DNA from: Octopus vulgaris | Taxonomy: Eukaryota | Reading direction: 5' to 3' | Assembly: GCA_951406725.2 (NCBI GenBank) | Contig: OX597816.1 | Span: 180,544,001-180,608,000 of the forward strand | Length of the DNA stretch: 64,000 nt | Shown: piece after piece, positions 43,713 to 57,207 of the stretch | Layout: the number at the start of each line of letters is the position of its first letter | Numbering within the stretch: position 1 is the stretch's first letter | Translations under genes and position numbers: made by a program | The notes under the pieces: generated by a model | What the model was told of the DNA's origin: nothing | Databases searched by the model: none | Seen by the model: the letters and a program-made list of their open reading frames with translations, nothing else

Positions 43713-44252
43713 AACATACTGAGAAGAGCTTGTGAAGAATCTCTCTCTTTCTCTCGCTCTCTCTCTCTCTCTCTCTCTAACATACTGAGAAGAGCTTGTG
43801 AAGAATCTCTCTCTTTCTCTCGCTCTCTCTCTCTCTCTCTCTCTAACATACTGAGAAGAGCTTGTGAAGAATCTCTCTCTTTCTCTCGCTCTCTCTCTCT
43901 TTCTCTCTCTAACATACTGAAAAGAGCTTGTGAAGAATCTCTCTCTTTCTCTCGCTCTCTCTCTCTCTCTTTCTCTCTCTAACATACTGAGAAGAGCTTG
44001 TGAAGAATCTCTCTCTTTCTCTTGCTCTCTCTCTCTCTTTCTCTCTCTAACATACTGAAAAGAGCTTGTGAAGAATCTCTCTCTTTCTCTCGCTCTCTCT
44101 CTCTCTCTTTCTCTCTCTAACATACTGAGAAGAGCTTGTGAAGAATCTCTCTCTTTCTCTCGCTCTCTCTCTCTCTCTCTCTTCTCTCTCTAACATACTG
44201 AGAAGAGCTTGTGAAGAATCTCTCTCTTTCTCTCGCTCTCTCTCTCTCTCTT

Positions 44253-44283
<31 letters not shown>

Positions 44284-44314
44284 AACATACTGAGAAGAGC
44301 TTGTGAAGAATCTC

Positions 44315-44370
<56 letters not shown>

Positions 44371-44461
44371 ACATACTGAGAAGAGCTTGTGAAGAATCTC
44401 TCTCTTTCTCTCGCTCTCTCTCTCTTCTCTCTCTAACATACTGAGAAGAGCTTGTGAAGAA

Positions 44462-44515
<54 letters not shown>

Positions 44516-44546
44516 CTCTCTAACATACTGAGAAGAGCTTGTGAAG

Positions 44547-44596
<50 letters not shown>

Positions 44597-44776
44597 AACA
44601 TACTGAGAAGAGCTTGTGAAGAATCTCTCTCTTTCTCTCTCTCTCGCTCTCTCTCTCTCTTCTCTCTCTAACATACTGAGAAGAGCTTGTGAAGAATCTC
44701 TCTCTTTCTCTCGCTCTCTCTCTCTCTGTTTCTCTCTCTAACATACTGAAAAGAGCTTGTGAAGAATCTCTCTCTT

Positions 44777-44811
<35 letters not shown>

Positions 44812-44934
44812 AACATACTGAGAAGAGCTTGCGAAGAATCTCTCTCTTTCTCTCGCTCTCTCTCTCTCTTTCTCTCTCTAACATACTGAGAAGAGCTTGT
44901 GAAGAATCTCTCTCTTTCTCTCGCTCTCTCTCTT

Positions 44935-44965
<31 letters not shown>

Positions 44966-45072
44966 AACATACTGAGAAGAGCTTGTGAAGAATCTTTCTC
45001 TTTCTCTCGCTCTCTCTCTCTCTCTTTCTCTCTCTAACATACTGAGAAGAGCTTGTGAAGAATCTTTCGCTT

Positions 45073-45103
<31 letters not shown>

Positions 45104-45270
45104 AACATACTGAGAAGAGCTTGTGAAGAATCTCTCTCTTTCTCTCGCTCTCTCTCTCTCTCTCTAACATACTGAGAAGAGCTTGTGAAGAATCTCTCTC
45201 TTTCTCTTGCTCTCTCTCTCTCTCTCTCTCTCTAACATACTGAAAAGAGCTTGTGAAGAATCTCTCTCTT

Positions 45271-45301
<31 letters not shown>

Positions 45302-45356
45302 AACATACTGAGAAGAGCTTGTGAAGAATCTCTCTCTTTCTCTCGCTCTCTCTCTC

Positions 45357-45393
<37 letters not shown>

Positions 45394-45784
45394 AACATAC
45401 TGAAAAGAGCTTGTGAAGAATATCTCTCTTTCTCTCGCTCTCTCTCTCTCTCTCTCTCTAACATACTGAGAAGAGCTTGTGAAGAATCTCTCTCTTTCTC
45501 TCGCTCTCTCTCTCTCTCTCTTTCTCTCTCTAACATACTGAGAAGAGCTTGTGAAGAATCTCTCTCTTTGTCTCGCTCTCTCTCTCTCTCTCTCTAACAT
45601 ACTGAGAAGAGCTTGTGAAGAATCTCTCTCTTTCTCTCGCTCTCTCTCTCTCTCTTTCTCTCTCTAACATACTGAGAAGAGCTTGTGAAGAATCTCTCTC
45701 TTTCTCTCGCTCTCTCTCTCTCTCTTTCTCTCGCTCTCTCTCTCTCTAACATACTGAAAAGAGCTTGTGAAGAATCTCTCTCTT

Positions 45785-45815
<31 letters not shown>

Positions 45816-45851
45816 AACATACTGAGAAGAGCTTGTGAAGAATCTCTCTCT

Positions 45852-45886
<35 letters not shown>

Positions 45887-45913
45887 AACATACTGAGAAG
45901 AGCTTGTGAAGAA

Positions 45914-45959
<46 letters not shown>

Positions 45960-46351
45960 TAACATACTGAGAAGAGCTTGTGAAGAATCTCTCTCTTTCT
46001 CTCGCTCTCTCTCTTTCTCTCTCTAACATACTGAGAAGAGCTTGTGAAGAATCTCTCTCTTTCTCTCGCTCTCTCTCTCTTTCTCTCTCTAACATACTGA
46101 GAAGAGCTTGTGAAGAATCTCTCTCTTTCTCTCGCTCTCTCTCTCTCTTTCTCTCTCTAACATACTGAGAAGAGCTTCTGAAGAATCTCTCTCTTTCTCT
46201 CGCTCTCTCTCTCTCTTTCTCTCTCTAACATACTGAGAAGAGCTTGTGAAGAATCTCTCTCTTTCTCTCGCTCTCTCTCTCTCTTTCTCTCGCTCTCTCT
46301 CTCTCTCTCTCTCTAACATACTGAGAAGAGCTTGTGAAGAATCTCTCTCTT

Positions 46352-46382
<31 letters not shown>

Positions 46383-46485
46383 AACATACTGAGAAGAGCT
46401 TGTGAAGAATCTCTCTCTTTCTCTCGCTCTCTCTCTCTCTCTCTTTCTCTCTCTAACATACTGAGAAGAGCTTGTGAAGAATCTC

Positions 46486-46516
<31 letters not shown>

Positions 46517-46621
46517 AACATACTGAGAAGAGCTTGTGAAGAATCTCTCTCTTTCTCTCGCTCTCTCTCTCTCTTTCTCTCTCTAACATACTGAGAAGAG
46601 CTTGTGAAGAATCTCTCTCTT

Positions 46622-46652
<31 letters not shown>

Positions 46653-46817
46653 AACATTCTGAAAAGAGCTTGTGAAGAATCTCTCTCTTTCTCTCGCTCT
46701 CTCTCTCTCTCTCTCTCTAACATACTGAGAAGAGCTTGTGAAGAATCTCTCTCTTTCTCTCGCTCTCTCTCTCTCTCTCTTTCTCTCTCAAACATACTGA
46801 GAAGAGCTTGTGAAGAA

Positions 46818-46865
<48 letters not shown>

Positions 46866-46903
46866 TAACATACTGAGAAGAGCTTGTGAAGAATCTCTCT
46901 CTT

Positions 46904-46934
<31 letters not shown>

Positions 46935-47369
46935 AACATACTGAGAAGAGCTTGTGAAGAATCTCTCTCTTTCTCTCTCTCTCTCTCTCTTTCTCTCTCT
47001 AACATACTGAGAAGAGCTTGTGAAGAATCTCTCTTTTTCGCTCGCTCTCTCTCTCTCTTTCTCTCTCTAACATACTGAGAAGAGCTTGTGAAGAATCTCT
47101 CTCTTTCTCTCGCTCTCTCTCTCTCTCTCTCACTCTCTAACATACTGAGAAGAGCTTGTGAAGAATCTTTCTCTTTCTCTCGCTCTCTCTCTCTCTTTCT
47201 CTCTCTAACATACTGAGAAGAGCTTGTGAAGAATCTCTCTCTTTCTCTCGCTCTCTCTCTCTCTTTCTCTCTCTAACATACTGAGAAGAGCTTGTGAAGA
47301 ATCTCTCTCTTTCTCTCTCTCTCTCTCTTTCTCTCTCTAACATACTGAGAAGAGCTTGTGAAGAATCTC

Positions 47370-47404
<35 letters not shown>

Positions 47405-47429
47405 AACATACTGAGAAGAGCTTGTGAAG

Positions 47430-47477
<48 letters not shown>

Positions 47478-47513
47478 ACATACTGAGAAGAGCTTGTGAA
47501 GAATCTCTCTCTT

Positions 47514-47544
<31 letters not shown>

Positions 47545-47581
47545 AACATACTGAAAAGAGCTTGTGAAGAATCTCTCTCTT

Positions 47582-47619
<38 letters not shown>

Positions 47620-47723
47620 ACATACTGAGAAGAGCTTGTGAAGAATCTCTCTCTTTCTCTCGCTCTCTCTCTCTCTTTCTCTCTCTAACATACTGAGAAG
47701 AGCTTGTGAAGAATCTCTCTCTT

Positions 47724-47783
<60 letters not shown>

Positions 47784-47819
47784 ACATACTGAAAAGAGCT
47801 TGTGAAGAATCTCTCTCTT

Positions 47820-47850
<31 letters not shown>

Positions 47851-47887
47851 AACATACTGAGAAGAGCTTGTGAAGAATCTCTCTCTT

Positions 47888-47930
<43 letters not shown>

Positions 47931-48021
47931 AACATACTGAGAAGAGCTTGTGAAGAATCTCTCTCTTTCTCTCTCTCTCTCTCTCACATACTGAGAAGAG
48001 CTTGTGAAGAATCTCTCTCTT

Positions 48022-48072
<51 letters not shown>

Positions 48073-48109
48073 AACATACTGAGAAGAGCTTGTGAAGAAT
48101 CTCTCTCTT

Positions 48110-48140
<31 letters not shown>

Positions 48141-48177
48141 AACATACTGAGAAGAGCTTGTGAAGAATCTCTCTCTT

Positions 48178-48224
<47 letters not shown>

Positions 48225-48329
48225 AACATACTGAAAAGAGCTTGTGAAGAATCTCTCACTTTCTCTCGCTCTCTCTCTTTCTCTCTCTCTCTAACATACT
48301 GAGAAGAGCTTGTGAAGAATCTCTCTCTT

Positions 48330-48362
<33 letters not shown>

Positions 48363-48529
48363 AACATACTGAAAAGAGCTTGTGAAGAATCTCTCTCTTT
48401 CTCTCACTCTCTCTCTCTCTCTCTAACATACTGAGAAGAGCTTGTGAAGAATCTCTCTCTTTCTCTCGCTCTCTCTCTCTCTTTCTCTCTCTAACATACT
48501 GAGAAGAGCTTGTGAAGAATCTCTCTCTT

Positions 48530-48562
<33 letters not shown>

Positions 48563-48657
48563 AACATACTGAGAAGAGCTTGTGAAGAATCTCTCTCTTT
48601 CTCTCGCTCTCTCTCTCTCTTTCTCTCTCTAACATACTGAGTAGAGCTTGTGAAGAA

Positions 48658-48692
<35 letters not shown>

Positions 48693-48909
48693 AACATACT
48701 GAGAAGAGCTTGTGAAGAATCTCTCTCTTTCTCTCGCTCTCTCTCTTTCTCTCTCTAACATACTGAGAAGAGCTTGTGAAGAATCTCTCTCTTTCTCTCG
48801 CTCTCTCTCTCTCTCTCTTTCTCTCTCTAACATACTGAGAAGAGCTTGTGAAGAATCTCTCTCTCTCTCTCTCTCTCTCTCTAACATACTGAGAAGAGCT
48901 TGTGAAGAA

Positions 48910-48942
<33 letters not shown>

Positions 48943-48967
48943 AACATACTGAGTAGAGCTTGTGAAG

Positions 48968-49009
<42 letters not shown>

Positions 49010-49045
49010 ACATACTGAGAAGAGCTTGTGAAGAATCTCTCTCTT

Positions 49046-49076
<31 letters not shown>

Positions 49077-49103
49077 AACATACTGAGAAGAGCTTGTGAA
49101 GAA

Positions 49104-49140
<37 letters not shown>

Positions 49141-49177
49141 AACATACTGAAAAGAGCTTGTGAAGAATCTCTCTCTT

Positions 49178-49208
<31 letters not shown>

Positions 49209-49307
49209 AACATACTGAGAAGAGCTTGTGAAGAATCTCTCTCTTTCTCTCGCTCTCTCTCTCTCTCTCTTTCTCTCTCTAACATACTGAGAAGAGCTTG
49301 TGAAGAA

Positions 49308-49359
<52 letters not shown>

Positions 49360-49395
49360 ACATACTGAGAAGAGCTTGTGAAGAATCTCTCTCTT

Positions 49396-49430
<35 letters not shown>

Positions 49431-49467
49431 AACATACTGAGAAGAGCTTGTGAAGAATCTCTCTCTT

Positions 49468-49498
<31 letters not shown>

Positions 49499-49525
49499 AA
49501 CATACTGAGAAGAGCTTGTGAAGAA

Positions 49526-49569
<44 letters not shown>

Positions 49570-49615
49570 TCTCTCTCTTACATACCGAGAAGAGCTTGTG
49601 AAGAATCTCTCTCTT

Positions 49616-49656
<41 letters not shown>

Positions 49657-49693
49657 AACATACTGAAAAGAGCTTGTGAAGAATCTCTCTCTT

Positions 49694-49728
<35 letters not shown>

Positions 49729-49839
49729 AACATACTGAGAAGAGCTTGTGAAGAATCTCTCTCTTTCTCTCGCTCTCTCTCTCTCTCTCTCTTTCTCTCT
49801 CTAACATACTGAGAAGAGCTTGTGAAGAATCTCTCTCTT

Positions 49840-49880
<41 letters not shown>

Positions 49881-49925
49881 AACATACTGAGAAGAGCTTG
49901 TGAAGAATCTCTCTCTTTCTCTCGC

Positions 49926-49960
<35 letters not shown>

Positions 49961-50007
49961 AACATACTGAGAAGAGCTTGTGAAGAATCTCTCTCTTTCT
50001 CTTTCTT

Positions 50008-50054
<47 letters not shown>

Positions 50055-50091
50055 AACATACTGAGAAGAGCTTGTGAAGAATCTCTCTCTT

Positions 50092-50131
<40 letters not shown>

Positions 50132-50159
50132 TAACATACTGAGAAGAGCTTGTGAAGAA

Positions 50160-50213
<54 letters not shown>

Positions 50214-50303
50214 TAACATACTGAGAAGAGCTTGTGAAGAATCTCTCTCTTTCTCTCTCTCTCTCTTTCTCTCTCTAACATACTGAGAAGAGCTTGTGAA
50301 GAA

Positions 50304-50356
<53 letters not shown>

Positions 50357-50459
50357 AACATACTGAGAAGAGCTTGTGAAGAATCTCTCTCTTTCTCTCT
50401 CTCTCTCTCTCTTTCTCTCTCTAACATACTGAGAAGAGCTTGTGAAGAATCTCTCTCTT

Positions 50460-50499
<40 letters not shown>

Positions 50500-50603
50500 A
50501 CATACTGAGAAGAGCTTGTGAAGAATCTCTCTCTTTCTTCTCTCTCTCTCTCTCTCTTCTCTCTCTAACATACTGAGAAGAGCTTGTGAAGAATCTCTCT
50601 CTT

Positions 50604-50636
<33 letters not shown>

Positions 50637-50663
50637 GTAACATACTGAGAAGAGCTTGTGAAG

Positions 50664-50701
<38 letters not shown>

Positions 50702-50744
50702 ACATACTGAGAAGAGCTTGTGAAGAATCTCTCTCTTTCTCTCG

Positions 50745-50785
<41 letters not shown>
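42675..50785. repeat. 8.1-kb compound tandem array: constant CTAACATACTGAGAAGAGCTTGTGAAGAAT unit alternating with variable-length (CT)n tracts, within a PRKX intron
   Basis: Directly visible. About 17 units per 1.2 kb in two sampled stretches, so roughly 115-120 units (estimate). Confidence 0.98.
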
Positions 50786-50788
<3 letters not shown>

Positions 50789-50944
50789 TGTGATCTTAAA
50801 TTTATCCTATGATAATTATCAAATCACCAGTATATGACACATCAGTTTAAAGTGTGTATGTGTGCCTGCATGTGTGTGTGTGTGTATGTGTGATAGTAGA
50901 GGTACTAGATTTAAATACACACACAGATGCATATATATAACATT

Positions 50945-51235
50945 CAGCCATCGTCATGGGAACAGATTGCTATGGACAGGACAGTCTGGAGGACTGCTAT
51001 CCACAATGGAACCAGCTCCTTCGAGCAGAACAGACAACAGAACGAGGAGGTAAAACATAAGAGAAGATAGGAGCGTCTTCATCATCCTCAACCTGCACCG
51101 ACCATCCTGTGTGAGTTCTGCTCATGACTCTTTCACCGACTTGGACTCCAAAGTCACTTCTGGCTCAAACATATCAGCCGAGGAGACTGGATGGAAATTG
51201 ACAAACCCAATGCTCAAGTACAAGCTGGGGATGAT
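50945..51235 (+). mobile_element. RTE-clade LINE 3' fragment
   Basis: SWEQIAMDRTVWRTAIHNG...ILCEFCS...LGLQSH: the RTE C-terminal W...DR..WR motif plus a decayed zinc finger. Confidence 0.7.
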
Positions 51236-51241
51236 TACAAC

Positions 51242-51274
<33 letters not shown>

Positions 51275-51275
<1 letters not shown>

Positions 51276-52083
51276 GGGGGTACCCAAAAGAAACCAGAAT
51301 TTTGCAATATTATTTTACATGTTTACACTTTCATTGCCTTCAAAGTATTTTCCATTTGAAGCAAAGCATCAGCCCAAATGAGTTTTCCAATGACCAAAGC
51401 AGTGTTGAAACTCTTGCAAAATGATGCCTTTTAACACCTCAATTGTTTTTTCTTCACCAGCTTTTATCACTTTTGATGACCTTCAGAAAAAGGTCTATTC
51501 TTTCAGTTCACAACATGCATTCAGTTGTGACTGCTTTTGATCTTCTGTGAGCAAACGCGGCACAACTTTTTATGCAACTCTTTTCATTTGCAATTCCTCG
51601 CTCAAAATTCATTGGCAGTAACCAATGTGAACAAATATGTCAATTGGTTGGCAATGATCCTCTAAGATCAGTTCACTAGTTTTCATGTTGTTAACATTCG
51701 TTCAGGACGTTGATAGATGCCCTGAACAAGTGACCATTCCTAAAGCATGAAAACCACCCATAAACTTGTGTTTTGCTCATGGCTGTGTCCTTGTAAGCTG
51801 ATAGAAGCATGACAATTGTTTTGGCTGCTGATTTCTCCAGCAGGAAACAGAATTTCATGGAAGTATGCTGTTCCTTTGTTTCAACCATCACAAAACTCAA
51901 TGAACAGGGAAGAAGCACTGCAAAGCAGATGCACCACGTGGCATTAGGACTACACTCAATGACAGCAGTCAGCATAGTGATGTCTGAGGGTTGCATCAAG
52001 TGGATTCTGGTGGTGGGATCCTGAACTACAATGGGCTTGTCCCATAGAGAACATTTCTGCTTACTTTTGGGTAATGTTCTCCT
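51275..52083 (-). mobile_element. Degraded, internally deleted mariner-like element
   Basis: EQHTSMKFCFLLEKSAAKTIVML...MSKTQVYGWFSCFRNG matches a mariner N-terminal HTH. Degenerate TIR TACCCAAAAG at both ends, with TA at the left end. Confidence 0.75.
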
Positions 52084-52537
52084 ATTGCATCACTCATGTG
52101 CTCAAGCTCACAGAATTCAAACACAGCATTATCAACTAAGAAAACAGTATTTTTACATATTTTTACACCTTAACAAAAATAGAATGACTCGCAGCTGCTT
52201 ACACCTATGAGTCATTCCATCTCATGATATCTTCTTTTTATAAGAAGCAGGATTCAGTAAAGTAGTTTCATGAACAGCATAAAACACCAGTCAGTTTCAC
52301 ATAGCTTCCACTGTTTATGCCTGCCTAAAATTCAATCTGCTCTGTAGCACCTACTTGCAGCTAACTGAACTAAGCCAGTGGATGTTAAGTGACTTAGTCA
52401 AAGACATCTAATGATGCAGTGGCAAGATAAGAATTATCAACCTTTTCCTTGATTGGTAACGACTCAGTTGTCTACAGACCCCAATTCTATAATATACATT
52501 ATGAGGATTGACACAAATACAAAACCAGATGGACTTA

Positions 52538-52726
<189 letters not shown>

Positions 52727-53846
52727 TTATTTTGCTAGCAGCACCACCACCACCACCACCACCACCACCACCACCACGACCTGCATAAAAGAATCAAACC
52801 TGACACTGGAAAATTTCCCTGGAGTGTCTTCTGCATTGCAAACATAGTGTTAAGAGCAGGTTGTCATACTTAAGTTGTGGAACCAAAAATAACTATTAAT
52901 AATTTGAATTTATAACCACAATGAGAAGAAAATTCCCTGTTGACAATGGAAACTACTCATAAGAGGAGCAAGGAGAACTCCCATAATTTCAATTGACCAA
53001 ATATTAGATGGCAATATGCAGGGATAAGGAATAAGTCTGATTTTTGGTAGCTTTGATGACAACACCAAACGTGCTTCAATCTTATTGGATATCCTCAGCA
53101 AAACACAGTCAACAAAAGATATTTGAACAACAAATTATTTCAAAAGCATTTAGTTTTACAAAGAAGATAAGCTGCTGGTCAAGCAATTTAAAATAATAAC
53201 ATTGGAAAATTTCCCAATTGTTTCTTCTGCCAGAAGACCATATAGTTAAGTAAAGGTTACTAAATGAGGTCAGCAGAAAATATATTTTAATCATTTGAAA
53301 TCTATTTCTATTGTAAAATATGAAGTAAATTGTAGAAATAAACTGGATAATGGAGATCACTGAAGAGTATTGAAACTTCAGAAAAGAGACAGCCAACTAG
53401 CAAAAACTAATTAAAAGAAGTTGACAACAGGCAAATAAATTATTAAGCAGAATCAGAGGAATATTGCACAAAATGCTTTGCATTATTTGATACATCTTTT
53501 TACATTCTAAATTCACATCTCACTGAGATAAACTTTGCTTTCTATCCTTGCAGAGTCGATAAAAATAAAGTATTATTCAAGTACTGCAGTTGATATAATC
53601 AACTGTTCTCATCCTGCAAATTTCTGATCTTTTGCCTTCATAAGAAATTATTATTTTTATGAAAGTGCTGCAATTAGAATTATTAATGTTTGTGAGCTTA
53701 TAGTTAATATAATTATAATGTATTGAACTGTAATATCCAAAGACAAGCAGAAGCCATATGGGGTCACTAGGATTTGTTAATACATGTGTACATGCAGGTA
53801 TAGTGTAAATGCAACCAGTTTAAAGTCAGTAAGTGAGCCTCTAGTG

Positions 53847-54065
53847 CAGTGCTTTTCAAACTTTTTGCTGGAGTGGAACCCCAAGGAAACATTCCACTGG
53901 CTCGAGGAACCCCTGTGCAATAATTTAATAGTCTTATGCACACATATCTGCACAGGAGAATTAAAAATTACTGCCGATTTTAGCAGTTTTGTAACTTCTT
54001 GCGGAATCCCTGGACTGCACTGGCAGAACCCTAAGGTACGGCAGAACCCTGGTTGAAAACCACTG
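53847..54065. mobile_element. hAT (Charlie-like) MITE
   Basis: TIRs CAGTGCTTTTCAA / TTGAAAACCACTG and a perfect 8-bp TSD CTCTAGTG at 53839-53846 and 54066-54073. Confidence 0.9.
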
Positions 54066-55371
54066 CTCTAGTGGCATGTAGTTTATATGACACCACACAG
54101 GAAAAGAAAACAAAAACTGAGAAACAAAGTAATGAGGAAAGGTGGTACATGATTTCACATGAAGAAAAAGAAATTGGTCCATGTGATAATAATAAGTAAA
54201 CAAAGAAAAGAACACAGAAATTTAAAATATAAAACCAAAAAAAAAAAAACAGTTGAGAAACTAATGAAAGAGTCTTCAATTGTTATGGATTTTTTTGTTA
54301 GAATAACTTGGTGAGTGGCAAACAAATTTTACCTGAATAACATATAGTCTAATTTAGTATAACTGAGGATTTGTTGCACACTGTAATACAAGCATGAATA
54401 TTTATTGAAACACCCATCAGATAGTAATATCTAAAAAATTAGGGGTTTTGCTTCATAAGATAGTGAAGGGGCTATGACTATAATCTTGGCAAGCTCTTCC
54501 AAAATGGTAAAAGCTATGCACCTAATGCCCAAACTCAACATCTGCAGGCAAATATCCATAAGAAAAATGTGGTTAGTAAGAGAACTAATGAGCATTCAGC
54601 CCAAATATTTGCAACCAGGTAACAGTGTTCAGATGCAAACCTACCAACCAAATTAAAAGCACTCAACAACCAGGTACTGGTGTTGTTCAGCACATAGTGT
54701 ATCTTAACTGAGCAGAATCAACATCAACAGTGTTCCAACCATAATTATCCAATACTTCTGTCCAATGCATCCTTCCTTCTTTTGAGATAGTATATTCCAT
54801 GAAATTTTGCTGCTATTTCTAGTAGGTTGACTGTTCTTGTAAAAGTCCTCTAGTTGGCTTATTGCTCTCTCATTAACTTGAGTTACTGATATTTAACAGA
54901 AAAGCAGGTTAAATCTTAAGAGAAAAATGCATATCTACAGTCTCAGACAGGGAATTTCTTATCAATTTCTGGATATTCTGAAGACAAGTTTTGTCTGCCA
55001 AGATTCAGAACAAACTAAGCTGAAGCATTTTATTCCTGTAACATTCTAATTTCAAATTCAATATTTAGCAGCCTTTTATGACTGAAATCTCTAACAAAAT
55101 AAAATAAACTCAAACCATTTTTTTTTATCAGTACTTCTGAGAAATAGATACAGAATATGTGAAATTAGAGAGAAAGCAAAAATGCTTTAAAACACATTCG
55201 CAAAACGTTTCACCTATCTAGAGTAAGCCAATTCTGATGCAAACAATCACTGTCTACAAGTGTACATCTGTAAGTAGATACATAAATACACATACACAGA
55301 GAATCACACTCATTAATTTTCCTATATACTTATACATACACGTTTGTGTGTGTGTGTGTAAATATAAATAT

Positions 55372-55419
<48 letters not shown>

Positions 55420-55914
55420 TTATATATATTCATCGAATGAGAACTAGTGCTTTCAACATGATGTCCACCAGTCCTCAGTCAAACCGTCCAACCCATGCCA
55501 GCACGGAAAGCGGACATTAAACGCTGATGATGATTCATATATATATATATATAGAAAAGCACATATAAATTTACACAGACATATTTGTAGTCACCCTGGT
55601 CACTCCATGAAGTAGCAGTTATTTGTTCTATATAAGCATAAGGACATGAGTAGACAAAAACTACACAAATAAAGTAAGGAGGAGCTAAACAATATATGAA
55701 GTTGGATAAGAAAAAGAGAGTGGTGGGAAAGGGTAGAAATATGAAACAAAACAAGATTAAAAGAATATGGACAATGAAAATAAATGCACCGATGAAAGGA
55801 CTACAAGAGGATCTAATGTTTCAAGCTATACATTTTACTAAAGAGGAAAAAAAGACAAGTAAAAGAAAAGGTAATAGAAACTGTACTGACTTCATGATGA
55901 AGCATATTCATATA

Positions 55915-57207
55915 CGAGGGGCGTTCAATAAGTAATGCCCCTGACCCACTTCCCATAGCAGTAGAGCAACGAAACTTGGAACAGTTATTAGTCTTTTTCT
56001 ACATAGGAACCACCCAGAGTTATGCATTTCTCCCATCGTTTGATACAGCTCTGGAGACCGTTTTGTAGAAGACCCCAGCTTGGTCCTCCAACCACGACGT
56101 GACTTCAGAAATAAAGGCTGCATCATCTGGGAAACGATTTCCTTTCAAAAACAACTTCATGGCTGGGAAGAGGTGAAAATCAGAGGGTGCAAGGTCAGGA
56201 GAGTAGGGGGATGGGGAGGAGTTCATAGCCGCACGCCTGTGCTTCTGATCTGGCGACACGCGAGTTGTGGATCGGAGCGTTGTCCTGCAGGAGGAGGATG
56301 CCTTTGCTGATCTTGCCCCGCCTCTTGATTTTGATAGCTTCTCTTAATTTCCTCAAAAGTGAAGCATAATAGACTCCTGTAATTGTGGCACCATTTGCCA
56401 GGAAATCTGTCATCACTACTCCGTCCTGGTCCCAGAAGACTGTAAGCATGACCTTGCCAGCGGAGGGCTGCACCCTTGCCTTCTTTGGAGGAGGGGAGTC
56501 ACGGTGCTTCCACTGCATTGACTGGGCTTTGGTCTCTGGATCATAGTGATGGACCCAGGTTTCATCCTGTGTAATCAGTCTTTTGAAAAATTTTGACTCA
56601 TCTTCTTGGCACATCTCCAAATTCATCCTCGAGCAATCGGCGCGTTCTTGCTTCTGGAAAGATGTGAGCAACTTGGGAATCCATCTGGCAGACACCTTTT
56701 GCATATGCAAATGGTCATGAATGATAGTTTCCACAGACCCGGTACTAATCTTGACCTCATGGGCTATTTCGCGAATAGTTATGCGTTGATCTTCCAAAAT
56801 GGCAGCCTCAACTTGACGGACAGATGCCTCATCAATGACAGAAGGGGGGCGACCAGATCTGGGAGCTGTTTCCACAGAGTTCCGACCATGTTTAAATTCA
56901 CGATGCCAGCGTTTTACAAGGTCATATGATGGGGCATCATCACCATAAGTTACTTTCATTTCATCAAAGGTCTTCCATGGTGTGCGTCCTTTCAAATACA
57001 AAAACCGGATCACTGCTCGACACTCAACAGGCTCCATTTCATACTTGACTCAGTTCAAACACCTGTAAATCAGAAACCGCAATTAGTCCAGAGCTGTAAT
57101 TTGCCACGTATTCTATATTGCACATGCAAAATTTCAGCTAGATCAAATAACTGCAATAACTGGATCAAATAACTGGATCAGGGGCATTACTTATTGAACG
57201 CCCCTTG
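55915..57207 (-). mobile_element. Full-length mariner (Tc1/mariner, DD34D) transposon, 1293 bp
   Basis: 30-bp TIRs CGAGGGGCGTTCAATAAGTAATGCCCCTGA (55915-55944) and its inverse at 57178-57207 with 1 mismatch, flanked by TA on both sides, with an internal transposase. Confidence 0.97.
55988..57037 (-). pseudogene. Mariner transposase with frameshifts near the C-terminus
   Basis: 280-aa ORF with an HTH region, WIPKLL (WVPHEL-like), ITQDETW and QDNAPIH. YSPDLAPSDFHLF and ...RWEKCITLGGSYVEKD* follow in shifted frames, giving D34D spacing when repaired. Confidence 0.9.

Noticed and set aside
42675-50785. CRISPR array (constant ~30-bp repeat with variable spacers)
   Set aside because: Spacers are only (CT)n length variants with no unique sequence, there are no cas genes, and the context is a eukaryotic intron.
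42675-50787. ER-rich and SL-rich ORFs (MLERERE..., MKNLSLS...)
   Set aside because: These are translations of the satellite; frames shift with spacer length and there is no splice or homology support.
56195-57037. Domesticated SETMAR-like host gene
   Set aside because: There is no SET domain, and the ORF sits between TIRs with TA target duplications, so it is a transposon.
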